A stretch of DNA of 63,057 nt, filler included, from Sluysia triapertura (GCA_046118255.1; 4 parts of 4 records of this genome joined end to end with filler, not necessarily neighbours in it), one strand, 5' to 3'. Positions 29,052 through 43,563 are shown, counted from the first letter of the whole stretch. Notes: generated from the letters alone by a model not told the origin. A program made the numbers and translations.

Positions 29052-32000
29052 TTCTTTAATTTATTACTGCATTTTCTTTACACATTACTAAAAGATCTAG
29101 GATACTAAATGCATAAGATTTGATACGTCATGTGATAAATGTAGTAATTGTAATATGTTGGAGAGTTATGATCTAGACATGACTGAGTAGCAGTTACTGA
29201 ATCGAGTTGGATTTTACGACGATTCGAAGAAAACAAATGTTTAAACGGTTATATTTGTAAGGTTGTTTACATAGTTAGATACAAAAATGTATTTACAAAT
29301 TTATGTTTGCATTTCTACCCAAAGCAGGTGTCCATTAGAGAAAAATGTTAACGATTCAAACAGCGTATGACTATGAACAGAGAAGAACTTACAACTGTCA
29401 TTGATTTTACAATTTGAGACGCTTTGATTGTAGTCATTGTGTTGCTAAAGTGAATCATTGTCTTGACATAATTGTGAAATCGATGTTGATGACCACAAAA
29501 TTTATTTATATGAATATAAAGCTTTAATGTGTAATTGACATTACAAACCATCATGCAATGTAGTTTGTGAAGTTGGTCCCTTTATCGGTCTGTCATATTG
29601 CACAAGCGGTATTTGGTAAAATTATTTGATATTATTGTTTAACACAGTATGATAATAATAATGATAATTATCATTATAATAATAATAATTTTAATAGTAG
29701 AACAATAATAGTTTTAAATTAGAATATTTGAAACAAAAGATATTAATTTTGAAGTGTTAATAATGATGACGACGATGAAGTTAATTGTAGTAATAATAAC
29801 AATATGTAAAAAATATAATAATAAATATAATAGCTGAATGATAATGATAAAAATAAATAGAATAATGATAATGCCAAAGATAGAAATGAAAACATTATTA
29901 ACGACACTAATGTATTTTAAACATCTATCTAATAAAAAATCTTTGATTTTCAGAAATTGAATTACTGATTTTAGTTTAATAATAATAGTAATATAATAAT
30001 AATAAGAATGATAATACTGAATTAAAAAATTACTTAGGGTACTTTAAAATAAAACTAATTTAAATGTAAATATTTATAAAATCGATAGAAATGCATGAAA
30101 TAAAACTAAAACTAATATATTAAAATATTATTGTAAAAGAAAATACTAATATTAATTTAGAAATACTAAGCATTAAAAATTCTATTTAAAAAATACAATT
30201 ATATTGTACAAAACATTAAGTATTAAAATCTATCGTAAAAGTTTTATTATTCTGTCATTATTTTATTATTAAACAATTTCTGTAAAACCAACGATGATAT
30301 AATTTTATTGCATTGTAAAAATTATTATTTGTAAATTAAATAATTGTATTATAGACTAACAACAACTTTATTGTATTATAATAATTATTATAATAATAAT
30401 AAAATCGCATGAGAAAAAGTACAAATAGACAGTGCAATTAATAAGGAATATAATTAATCTCGAAACATGAATTCTGAAGAAGCGAACAATTAGTTTTAAT
30501 TTTTGTAAATTTTAAATTTTATTTTGTTTTAATTGCAAAATCAATTAAAATCTCTTATGTTTATAGTTTTCAAGAGACTAGAATTTAATTCTAGCAGATA
30601 AAATTCTATTTTTTGATTCCATATAAAGGAATCCTACGAAAAATATATAATTAAATTGATTTATTTAATTTTGCGATTCCAATTAAAATCTTTTAAAGAA
30701 TATTCACCTCCAGATAAAAAGGTACTCCAGAGACTTACTTGTCTTTAAATTTATCTTATAAAAATCCAACGGCTGGCCCCAGCAGGTAAGTCCAGTACGT
30801 TGGTGGGCTCACAGTTTTGACTTATTTTATTCTGTTAGCTTCACACACATATCTCACAGAAGGATAAGTTTATCTCTTTCGGTGAAAACCCAACAAAGCT
30901 CAGATTTTTCAACTAAATATTTTAATTTCGCGAAAGGATCATAGATACGTCACAAAAACTCTGCAAAATTATTGTGAAATTGATAAAAGCTTATAAAATT
31001 TGAGAACAAAGCTCGAGTAATAAATAAAGTCATTTTTAAATGAATAAATATAACAGGTTGAGAATTACGAATATTCCTATATTGACTGTTAAACATTGTT
31101 GTTCATGGATAGTTAAGGTTAATTAAAGGACTTATGGCCAAATAATGAATAAAATTTTATGTTAAAATGATGGAATAGATGTGGTATTTACATCCCAATA
31201 ATTATTATAATTAATGACACTATATGTTATTTTATAATTTTTTAATGTTTATTTTTACTGTTATTATTCTTACAGTTTTATTACTATTATTGTAATTAAT
31301 AATATAATTATTAATATTGACAAATAATTAATTAATAATTACGAGGATAAAATAATTAACGTGCTATACCAACTAAATATACTAAATTATTATTGTTTGT
31401 TCATATATTTTCGTGTCATTTTAATTATTTATAATCGAATTTTGATTTTTAAACAGATCTTAATGAATAAAGTATTTTATTTAATGAATAAATTTGTTAT
31501 AATAAACTGAAACATTGAATAATTTTAAATGCAAAAGTTGGCATTTCCATTTTTGCTATAAGGAACTGTTTACGAACTAACCTTGACGACGTAGACATTA
31601 ATTATAAACTAATTTAATTGCCGAGATAAAGTCACTCATTTATAATAGTGTTAGTTATAAAGCGAACTGTAAACTTATCACTGATTGCGAGTTAGAAGAA
31701 AAGTAATACATACAATTATATTATTATATCTATTATTCAAATTTAGCTGGATTTATACAGATAATAATGATTCGTCGTCGTATGATGGTGTGTTTGGGTC
31801 ATACACTGCCGGTGGTAATGTACAAACATTAACTAGGAGTAAAGATACATCCAGTGCAATATTGAATGATTTGAAAAGCAAACTATGGATTCGGAAAGGA
31901 ACTCGAGTTATATTTGTAGATTTTACTGTTTACAATGTCAATATAAATATGTTTTCTGTTATTAAGTAAGTGTTTCATCGACATGTAGTTAATTCAATAT

Positions 32001-34987
32001 CGATTGTTTAGTACATGTATTTCATAAACGCAATCAAAATTATAACTGCTTTAACTTGGAACGAAAATAATAATAATGTTAGACTTCATTAAATGAAGTC
32101 TGACCTGGATTCGAACCAGGGCCCTCTTACCTCACAGCTGTGAAGTTCGATGCTCGAACCATTAAGCTATCATCCCGTCTAACAATTTTAGATTATTGTA
32201 GTCAATTATACTATCCTTATTTTAAATGGCAATAATAATAATAATGAATAATGATTATAATAGTAATAATAATAATAATAGTAATAATATTTATCAATAA
32301 TAATTATTTTATAAATCATTATTTTGACCTTGTTGCTCAAATAGATCATTTTACTTGGCATGTACATGTATGGCTACTAAATCAGTGTTTTCAATTTCAT
32401 AAACAATAACAAATAAACAAAAATTTTATATTAATTAATTAGTAATATTTTATAAGAAATATAAATTGCATTATTTGTGTGTTTTATTTTAGACTTGTTT
32501 TTGAATTACCACCAACTGGTGGCGTCTTTAAATTTTCTGAAATTAAAACTGTCAAATTATTTCGCTATGTCAGTCCATTCGATTATTTCGTTATGGCTTG
32601 TGAAATTATTTATCTTTTATTTATTGTCTATTATATAATCGAAGAAATTATTGAGGTTATTTTTTAATTTTTTACTATAAACAAATTTTATCAAACAACC
32701 ATTTTATTATGGCACTTCTATTTATGTTATTGAAGTATTTTAAAACTTTAAAATTATTTTATTAGTTTCGATACTACTAATATTAAATTAGTAACGAAAG
32801 ACTATGACAATAATTTGAGAAAAACGATTGAAAACTTTAATAAAATAATTTAATGTAACTGGAACTTAGAACGACAATACATATAAATGCTTTTGGAAAG
32901 CAAGTTAACACAAAAAAATAAAATAGTAGGATGTGGGAAATACGAAATATTAATAGGATAGAAATGAAAAACAAATGCAAAATTCACGTAAATAAATAAA
33001 TTATATGATCAGAATTAAAATATATATAATATATAATTGATTTATTTAAACAAAAAATTAAGAATTATCTTAATAATATATATGTTCTGCAATTAGGGTC
33101 TTTAACAAATGATCAAAAAATTTTAATAACTTATCGTATGTCTTTTAATAATTAAATAGGCACCAAAATATTAACTTTATTTACGAAATATAAAAAATTT
33201 TATAGTAATAACAAAAACAGAGATCAGTAATAAAAGTTTTTTTAAGGATTAAAGTTCGAAGAGCGTTTAATCTAATAACTATAATAAATGGAGTACATAT
33301 TATCGGGTACTTAATAATTATAAATAATTAAAAATTTAAGTTGATTTTATAATGTTGAAATTGAACTTAAAAATATATAAATTACCAATAAATGGAATGA
33401 TTTTGAATAGTTGTTGTTCTGTGGATATTTCCCAAATATTTCTAAAGTTATACCAAATATTACTAAAATTCCAACAATGACGCTGCAAAATTGTACTAAA
33501 GGAGAATTCCAAATTGCGACTAATTTAAAATTTCAAAATGGAGATGCTAGTTTATATACTAGCCAATAGGAATCGAAAGAACATTCTAGAAGCTTCTATT
33601 CTATTTTTAGAGGCTAATTTTCTTTTTTTGAAAAATGATTTCTTTTTTTGGAAATAAATATTTTAAAGTAATTTTAAAGGTTTTAAAAGATTTTTAAAAC
33701 ATTTTAGATAATTTAAAATAATAGATACATTCAAAACAAATCTTGAATATGTAAATATTAATATTTACTTTATAATACCTAAATATCTACGAATATTTAT
33801 GTTATAATTGAAAAAATTGATAAAAACGTAAAACAAATAATCTTAATAAATCTTACAGTTATTCGGTCATATAATTTATTTTCATTCGTCTTATATTAGT
33901 TTGCATTTAGTGTTTTTATATTATTTCTGTTTTATTATCATTCTACAGAATTCCTATTTGATCCGCAACAATTTCCATCTATATTTCCCACATTATGCAC
34001 TTTTCTTTTCCTATGTTAACTTGGTTTTCAAAGGAATGTTTTATTGTTTACTAGAATATTTGGGAAACATTAAAGACCTTAAAGTTCAAGTCTTAAAGTT
34101 TAAGAATGCTTTAACTTGCTCCAATCCCCGTTAATTATATATCAAAATGTGGAACACATAATATTAAATAATTTTGTAAAATAAAAATCATTCAAAATTA
34201 AAACTAATAAATCTAATTTTCAAGTTTAAGTGTTAATTTAAATTTAGCACAACAGAAAAATTCCCTTTATTATTTATTAAATTTAAAAAGTGCAATTATC
34301 AGAACTTTGATAAGTTTTTCATTAGTGTCCTCGTTTTTATCCATGAGTAATTATACATACAGAAAGACTTTATGATGAACTTCAAACTTTCGAAAGAATT
34401 TTTTTGTAATAAAAGAATAAACATAATAAAATGCTAATTAAAAAAATTATTTCTTAGCGCAGATACAACTTTCATTTTATCGTGGTTTGAGTTGAATATA
34501 TCCTAACAAATAGATTGCCATTATAGCCTTTGACACAATTATGGCAAAAGTTTATTATCATGGCGACCCTAATACATGGAATTATGTATTTTAATATCTA
34601 CATAAAAATATTACAAATACCTTATAAAATCAAATAAAATTTTTGCACACTTTTAGGAAAATTTAAAAAAATCAATAAGATAAAATTATTGTGCGTAAAT
34701 TAAAGTACATTTTCATTTCATTTCTCATTTTTATTTTATATATTGTTTAGATTAAGAAACACCGATGGTCATATTTTAAAGAATTCTGGAATATATTGGA
34801 TTTATTTGTTATTTTAATAAGTATAATTTGTGCGATATTCAACATTTATCGAGTTATATATATCGATAATACTTTTCGTACTGTTTTAGAAAATACTGAA
34901 GTTTTCGTAGATTTTTATTTCATTAGTTATTGGCAACGAATTTTCAATGAAGCTATTTCTATTACTGTTTTTCTTGTAATGGTCAAG
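25423..34987 (+). CDS. PKD2: Polycystin-2 (PKD2/PKD2L, TRPP channel), 5' part; truncated by contig end
   Basis: Phase-compatible exons 25423-25699, 25745-25858, 26922-27031, 27259-27506, 31747-31965, 32493-32655, 34751-34987. Motifs AWATR...KTTFREMFTY, FIYFENQLISVPQIRQLRVKNGTC, LWIRKGTRVIFVDFTVYNVNINMF, LVFELPPTGG, FVMACEI and FWNILD match polycystin-2. Confidence 0.93.
28998..29051. repeat. (ATT)n microsatellite
   Basis: Perfect run. Confidence 0.95.
29340..29640 (-). mobile_element. Decayed retroviral-type integrase core (Gypsy/Ginger-like) in PKD2 intron
   Basis: QTDKGTNFT, RFHNYVKTMI and SVHSHTLF in shifting frames resemble SDNGT(N/Q)F / ERFH.TLK.ML / SVHS.TGF. Confidence 0.5.
32077..32195 (-). 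mobile_element. tRNA-derived SINE-like element
   Basis: A box TAGCTTAATGG and B box GGTTCGAATCC; flanks shared with the 41176-41284 copy; AAT tail. Confidence 0.7.
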
Positions 34988-35095
34988 GTTAGGCATTTTA
35001 TTTGCTATTATATTTTATGAAGTTGGGCGAAAATTAAATGTATGATTAATCATTATTTGCTTTATTTACTAATCTAAAACATTTAATTAATCCCT

Positions 35096-35175
35096 TAACC
35101 CGCACACTCGAATTAACTCGAGCGAGGTAAACCTGCAGAAATGAGCACACTCGAGTTAATTCGAGCGTTAACACT
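35096..35175. repeat. Probable piggyBac-type transposon end with two 23-bp palindromic subterminal repeats
   Basis: TTAA|CCC start; GCACACTCGA(A/G)TTAA(C/T)TCGAGCG twice; runs into the contig end. Confidence 0.5.
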
Positions 35176-35246
35176 TTTCGTATTACTATAATAATCACAA
35201 TCGTTTAAACTCAAGCAATAAAAAAATATGCGAAAAATTTACGATT

Positions 35247-35346
35247 NNNNNNNNNNNNNNNNNNNNNNNNNNNNNNNNNNNNNNNNNNNNTTAATTAATT
35301 AANNNNNNNNNNNNNNNNNNNNNNNNNNNNNNNNNNNNNNNNNNNN
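35247..35346. other. Artificial contig linker
   Basis: N44-TTAATTAATTAA-N44. Confidence 0.97.
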
Positions 35347-35804
35347 AATCTTTATATCTAATTACTCCGGAATTTATCGGAATTAAATTAATTACAAATC
35401 CTGTTTCAATAGGATTTTCTGCAAAATTATAAATAATCAAGAATATTTTGACAATCTTCATTAATTTCATAAATATTTACATTTATTTCGGAATTTAACG
35501 AAATTTGTAAAACACATTGTTTACAATCCCTTTTTTTAAAGGAATATTTCGTAAAATTTAACTGATAGAAATACAATAAAGTGGTTTAATTAAAGAGATA
35601 CATATATACTTATTAAATTGAAACATTCATTCAGTGTGTATTATTAGGATTACGATTTGACCTCCTACAGTTGCTTAGTTTTAAAATCCAACAGCTAACT
35701 GGTAAGTCTAGATACGTTGATGAACTCACATCCATATACTTTTATTCGTGAGCATCTAAGTTAGGTTTTATACTTTCCAAAGTATCTCATAATAAGTTCT
35801 AGAC

Positions 35805-36041
35805 CAGCATTTCTCAATTTTTTAACCCGTGAACCAATAAAATTTTTTCAGATTGTTCTGCGACCAAATCTTTATTACATAAAGGAGTGATAAGAAATAA
35901 AAAAGACATATGGTACTGGTGCTAATTAGCGTTTTGATTGTATAGATTAATTTTTGTAGTATCTAATTTATGTTTATATTATAATATATTATATTATTTA
36001 TATTAAGCCGCGAGTCCGCGACCCAACGGTGAGAAATCGTG
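35805..36041. mobile_element. hAT/Charlie-like MITE
   Basis: CAGCATTTCTCA...TGAGAAATCGTG ends; 8-bp TSD TTCTAGAC/TTATAGAC; internal GCGACC motifs as at 13485. Confidence 0.8.
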
Positions 36042-39000
36042 TTATAGACAACGATTCGTTTGTTGATTACTGTATGTATAATTATGTAATTATAATTTTA
36101 TGATTTACTGGACTTATTATTAATTAATAGTTTTAGAATTATTGATTTTTATATTTTATTAATCATTGCGGAATTTTATTTAACGGTAAATAATTTTATT
36201 ATTAAATTTTGTTACTTTTATGAAATAATTTCATTCTGTTAATGCTACAATTTAGGGAATTGGTTTTAACGTTATGTTTTTAAACTCAAATGAAGTGTTA
36301 CTGGGTTTTTAGAAGTGGTAATTTGTTAACAAATGTGACAAGTTTAAGTTTTAACAATATATTAATAACAAGTTGATGAGATTGAATATATGATTAAGAT
36401 TTATTTAATAAACACGAAAAATAATTAATGTTAAATATACAAAACACAAATACTCGAAATAATTGTATAAATTTATTAGATTATTTTTTTTCAAAATAAT
36501 CTTTGTATATTAATGTTCATACAATTGATCAATTTAAAAGGTCATTATGCGTTAAATTAAAAGGTTAATTAAAATTTAACCACACCTATTATAAATTAAA
36601 CTAATTATTTATTATAATGTTTTTAATAGAGTCCTAAGTATTTTATCCGATTCGAAAAATCTTCCTCAAAATAATTTGAATTACAGAATTAGTATAAATT
36701 TGTTTAAATCTGAATTGTAGAATTAATAATAGACTTGAGTTATACGAAGAAAAATAGTTCAACTTTGTAAACTTTTATAAATTGTAAAACACAATTTTAT
36801 GAGTCATTAACACATTAACAATATGACTTTTGCTATCTTGACCTTAAAGGTCTTCATGCTTATAAGTAGAAAATATTTTGAATTTTGATCTTAAAAGGTC
36901 TTATTTAATCTATTATTATTTGAACATTTATTATTATTGCATTAATTTTAAAATTTTTATTTTTAATTATTTACTGTTAAAATTTTATTTAAATATTAAA
37001 ATTTCATTCAAATACGTAAATTGAAATAAAAATTACATAAATTAACATGAAGATAACCTTTACATACTACCGTATGACATCATGACATTATAAATAAAAA
37101 TTGTACGTAAATACAAAGTTTCTTGAATGAAAAATAAGTTGAATTAATTAATTATATTATCGTGCCGTTACTAGTAAAAAAATAAGTGCAATATTCTTAA
37201 TTATTTTAATATTTCAACAGGTAATTAACATTTTTAAGGAAATACTTTTGATTTTATTTCAAATATTCAAATTAATAAAAATTTGACAGTTAAATCTTAC
37301 TATTTTTGATATATAATAATAATAAACTTGGACTCATTTAAAATTTGCACGCAATCTCTGTGAAACAAGGGTCCAGTTAAAGTACTCATGATAAGCTATC
37401 AAATTAGAGATTATAGTCTTTATGAATCCTGTTAAATATTATTTATAAAGTTAAAACAAAAGTACTATAAAAATAAAAAATAATATTATCGAAATTTAAA
37501 TTATTGTTTTCTATTCACTTTTTTGTTGACTCGTTATTTTGCAGCCTTTCTTTCATTATTTACATTGTGACATTAAATATTAAATAACTGCCGAAAATTA
37601 TATTTTTATTTTAAAATTATAATTGACATAATGTTATAAATAATATATTATCAAAAAATTCTTAGTTTAAATAAACATTGATTGACCAAAAATTATTAAA
37701 AAAAATAATAAAACAAATTGATACATTATTTAATTAAAATGATTTTCTTTGACATTTAGAATGGCAAGTTCGTTTATATAATAATAATAATTATTATTAT
37801 TAATATTATTAGTAGTAGTATTAGTATTATTATTATAAAAATAATAATGATAATAATAACAATAGCAAAATAAAAATTGAGCAGTTCCCGGTTATGGTAA
37901 ACGTCTTATGTTGTAAAGAGTGCGTTCCTTAAACAAATCCTAATGCATAATTAATAAAAATTCTTCTAACGATGACTATTTTCCTTAACGTAAATTAGAG
38001 GGTCTGTTAACTTGCAATTCTTGTCAATTTTATAGTTTTTAATGCTTGCTAATGATGCGTTTTTAACTTATCAGTGATTTTAATGCTGCTGAAAATAAGA
38101 ACAAATTAGAAAACTTAAGATATATTCCACAAAAATTCCACACTCCGTAACTAAAATACAAAGAGAAAATATTAAAATAATTTTAAAATTAAAATCCGAT
38201 TTAACTATAGATTATTTCTCTCATAGCATCGGTGAGAACTGCGAACGATCCAACAACTATGAGAACTAAACATAACTATAACATTAACATAAATTATATT
38301 TATTATTTATGAAGGATTACATTTATTTTTACATTTTATTAATTTATTTTTTTACTTTATTATTTATGATGAATTGCATTTAATATTTTATTAAACTAAT
38401 TATTTGCATTATAATAAATTTACAAACAATTTAAATTTAAAATTATTAATTTTTTTTATATATTAATTTGTCAAACTTAAATCATTTAAATTAATTAAAT
38501 AAAGTTAAAAAATTATATTTTATTATATTTTGTTTAAACAATATGGCAAATGTAAATTTCATATTTAAGAATTGAAAATTATAATGAAATTTACACAAGT
38601 CATATACTGAAAATTAAAATCAATCCTCACAGACAATTCAAATTTCCATGCCGAAAGTAAGATTTTATTTCATAAGTCGTATATTTTCACCGTAACCGGG
38701 ATAATTAATATATACTCAAACTATTTAATTTCTTTCCACTTAGACCGTAACTGGCTAAGTTAATATCTATCTATAATCACCACGCTAAATCTTCGAAGTT
38801 AAGTGTTAAATTGTTTATTATTATTATAATTTATTTTTCCCATGTAATAATATATTGTATTGATATTTGTAAGGAAAATTTCATAATACACATTGAGTAC
38901 GTGTCTATTTATTTATTAATAAATAAAATATCACTTTATCCTCGCTAGACCGTAATAAGGCCAGCTAAATATCTAATGCTGTTTAATGCTGTTACACATA

Positions 39001-39929
39001 TTTGCTAAAAATGATTTTTGTTGATTTCATCAGTTCGTATTACAGCTTTAAACCTTGTTTCCGAAAGTTGAACAAATCAATAATTAACTTATATTAACAA
39101 TTAAAAGTACTTACAACCATTGCTGTGCGAAACAAATTTCACAATAAAAGAAAAACACATTTCTGTATCAGATATTTATTTCAGAAACTACTATTAAGAT
39201 GACGAAATAAGTGAACGTTTCATTTAACTAAGTCATAGTTCTACGAAGATGATAACCGTGCATTCTGAATGTTCACAAAATGCTGAACAAGGTTTGACAA
39301 GTACTCATTGTTTATATTAATATCTGGCACTAAAAATTCAAATGGTAACATATTATTCGAGTTCCAGAAAACTGAAACTATAATTACCTTTTTGGTGATA
39401 AGTTGATCTTCTTATCTTCTTCCTTTATTGAAATTAGAAATAAAAGTTTCATAAATTTATGGGATCAAACAAAATTGCTTAAAAAATAAAGAAACATTAC
39501 AAATGTTACTAATACAAAAACATTGGCAAAGAGTTAATACTTATAAAGTGAAGTAGTGTTTTCATAATTAATTTGCTAAAAATACATCATCAGCAGCACA
39601 ATCATTACCACTATCACCATCATCATTATCATCATATATAACAACATTCATTTTAGAATTTTTAATTTTTTTGTGTAATTAGATAACATTATTACATCAC
39701 AATGTGATAAATTTTGTAAAAAAAATTTTGTGCCAATCAAAAATTTATAAAAGGCGACCAAAAGGTTACGGGTGATAAGAAAAAAATTACATAATTGAAA
39801 AGAAATTTCGGACAAAAAAGTAATTTGCCGCAATTTTTAAATCAATTAGGAAAAAGATCACTATGGTTGCAAGACAAAAATGATTCCAAAACTTGATGAC
39901 CTTATCAATGTAAATGAACTTAACAATTT

Positions 39930-40170
39930 TATCCTCAACCATTAAATCCACCATTATATCCTCAATGTAAATGATTCTGGTGATGAAGTAACGCAGAGTT
40001 TTCAACAACCATTATGCCTGTAATGTAGATCATTTCGATGGTAAAATTAAGGAGGCTTTTAAAGTTTCTCTCAACCATTATATCCTCAGAGTAAATAAAT
40101 CTGGTAATAAAGTTAACCACGTTATTAAAGTTTGTGTCAACTATTATACCTAAAATTTAAATTATTCTGA
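39930..40170. repeat. Degenerate 57-66 bp tandem repeat
   Basis: C(C/T)ATTAT(A/G) core at ~39952, 40009, 40075 and 40141. Confidence 0.7.
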
Positions 40171-41175
40171 AGTTTTTCAACTAAAACGAATAATATAGTT
40201 TCAAATCAATATAAATGTCAAACCATGTCATTTGAAAGCGAATTCTCTACTTGACTTGCATGATCGAAGCACTGAAATAAATTAAATAAACAAAAACTGT
40301 CTTGATGCTTCGAACTTAGACAAATATCAAAACATTTCAGTGAAATTCAACGCAAATGTCTACGATCAAGACACTCTGATACAGTTGGTGAGGAGATTCG
40401 CGATTCAATTAGAGTCTTGGTCTGCTTCATCATTTGTGAACCTGCCTACCAATCTAAAGTAAAAAATGTTTGATAACCCTTCTACATTATTTTTTATTAC
40501 ATTTTCTGCTCGCTTTATTTTGCCTAATAAATTGGAAATTTATCCTCTTTTATTTTTTGTAAAAATGATTTTAATAGATTTCCTTTTGCCTTAAAATTTA
40601 GAATTTTGCGCATTAATGTAAGAATTAACTTCAATAAACAATTAATTTTAGAAATAATATTAATTAATCCTTGCAAAATCGTTAAATATGTAACTCATGA
40701 TCTTTTTGACACACAAGTTTCAGACATCGAAAATTATCTTCACCTAATAAACAAATAAAATTCCCATTATTTATTCTTAAACAATTTAAATAATATAAGT
40801 AAAATAATTAAAATAAATAAATCGAACATAATTTGTAGTCAAAATAAAATTAGAACATCTTAGTAATTTTAATAGATTCAAAAAATAAAGAAACTTGTAT
40901 ATCTTAAGAAAACAAAAGAAAAACAATAGAAAAATGGTAGTACCATCGATTATTAGTTTTATTTTAACTTTATTATAGATTATAAAAAAATAATATAATT
41001 AGTAATAATTATGTAAAATTTTTTACATTTTAATAAAACTGGTTTTAATCGATTTTAATCCACATTAAATAATTTGGGCTTTAAATAATTAAGAAAATGA
41101 TTAAAATCATAAAAATATTTTAGTAATAATGCTGGGATACAGGCTTAAAGGTGTCATAGTGTAACTGAGTATAAT

Positions 41176-41284
41176 AATCTAAAAATTGTTAGACGGTGCT
41201 GATAGCTCAGTGGTAGAGCATTAAAATGCGTAACTATAGGTCACGGGTTCGATTCCCAATCAGTCCATTTTATGAAGTCTAACA
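41176..41284 (+). mobile_element. tRNA-derived SINE-like element / tRNA pseudogene (core 41195-41266)
   Basis: A box TAGCTCAGTGG and B box GGTTCGATTCC; the anticodon arm pairs poorly; flanked by TGTTAGAC...GTCTAACA and AAT repeats. Confidence 0.7.
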
Positions 41285-42821
41285 ATAATAAAAAATAAAT
41301 AATGCATTTAAATTGAAAAAAAAACAAATTTGTAAGAAAAAATTATCAAAATTAGTGATGTAATGCCAATTGATATATAGTATTATTAGTTACTCGTAGT
41401 TTTTATTATTTTTTCATTGACAAAATGATTGATTTATAAATGATAAATGTTTCTGTTTAATTTATTTGGCAACTGTTGTAAAATGCATTAACACTATATT
41501 TGTTGTCAATATTAAAGAATTTAGGAATGGAATTTTTTGTAATATCCTATTAAAAAAGATAAAATAAGTGATTTGAATATATAATTTATTTTGAAAAAAT
41601 TCTGCAGAATTTTAATTAAATTTAGTAATGTGAATTGTGTCAAACATTTAACAGTAATGTAAAGTGATATTAACATTAACTATTAGTATTACATTATTTA
41701 CATAAATTAACTAAATATTTATTAGTTGATATAAGTTCTGTCATTAATTAATATAAAATTAAATTCTAAATTTAACATTATTTCATTTTTAATTTTAAAT
41801 AAAACTTAAATTTTATAAATTTAATTTCTATTTAGATGTTTTATTTTGAGTTAATATAAGTTATTGATTACTTATGCAGTTAATTAATAAAGCAAAAAGA
41901 TCAAATTTAGAAATACAAAAATCCGAATTTAACTAAAAATACAATATTAAAACAAAGCCTCATTTTTGTGAAATAATTAAATATAATTAATTATAATTTA
42001 AAAAACATAATTAAATGTGTAATCAACTAATTTGATCACTTGCTCGGCTACTCTTGAAAAACTGTTATTGCATCGAAACATTTTGTGGTGGCCAACCCAA
42101 TATTTAAGAATTTTATTTTTATCAAGGCACAATAAAATTATCTTTCACAATGTTCACAATTATTTTTATCAGCAAACATTTTAAATATAAAATTTTACAA
42201 CAGCAAATTTTATTCGACATTCAAAATCATCAATCATACTCTCAAAAATCAAATTAACACATTTTAAAATTAATTCAACATACTGCACATTCTATAATAT
42301 TTTACCCATCTTTCTATCAAAACCTTTTTCATATTTTATGCCCTCAGATCCACTAGAACTATTCTCATTTAATACATTTTAAGTTACAGTTTTGACACCT
42401 TCAAATAAATTCATATATTCATGACCTGTCATCATTCAATCCCTAACATCTGAGAAAGATAATATTACCTAAAATCATCAAAAAATAAATCATACTAAAA
42501 GTTATCTTTTTTACATTCACTAAACCACACTCTCTCAATGTATCTTTAGGTCACAATCTCCCAATATTCAAACATTATCTTTAGTCACAAACATCAATTA
42601 GCATCTAAAAGTTCATTGTAAACATTCTACACACTATCATACAGCATTGTAACCTTAATCACACCTTAAAACATCAGACACGCATTTAGAACTAATTCAA
42701 ATCAACTTTCATTTAAAATTTTTTTTCTAAATAAATTCAAATATGTCTATAATTATTAAAAATGTAAAAGCAATATTCTGTAAATATTAAGATTTCAAAT
42801 AATTTAAGGACGTTATGTATT

Positions 42822-42901
<80 letters not shown>

Positions 42902-43563
42902 CGGCAACACTGTTGTTGTTATTATTATTGTTATCATATTTAATTTTCTTTAATTTTTAATATGTTGAGAAAGTAAGAAATTAACAGAAAAATCATGTAA
43001 TAATTAGGATGGATCTTTAAAGGATTTATGTATTTTAGGATAGTAATAATAATAATAACATTCTTGTTATTATTATTATCACCATTTTTAATTGTTATCA
43101 TTTTTAATTCAAGTTAATTTTATTGTGAGATTTATTAATTTAGTAACTACCACTACCAGTGGTGACTGCATTAATTTACAATGACAGTCAATGTCACCAA
43201 TGATAGTGGTTTGCATATCAACCAATTTGTTTTGGCAATTGTTACCGGTTGTCCAACCAGAGTGATTTTCATCATGATTTTTATATACATCTGGTTGGAC
43301 AGTCAATCAGATTGTTCATTTATATGAAATTTTGTGTTTCTAGCATAATAGCCTAATATTCTAATTTATTTGTGAACTAAAAACAAAGTCAGACACGCAG
43401 ATAAGGATTTCATTGTTGGTGCACACAAAAATTAATGTAATAACTAAAAATAGACAAAGAAATTAAAAAAAATTACCAATTTTATAAAAAAAATTAGTAG
43501 AAATAACAAGTTTATTGATAATTAAAAATTTTATCAACAGTTATATTTTGTAATTTGATAATT

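Noticed and set aside
41195-41266. Functional tRNA gene
   Set aside because: Acceptor and anticodon stems pair poorly, and the flanks are shared with a divergent copy.
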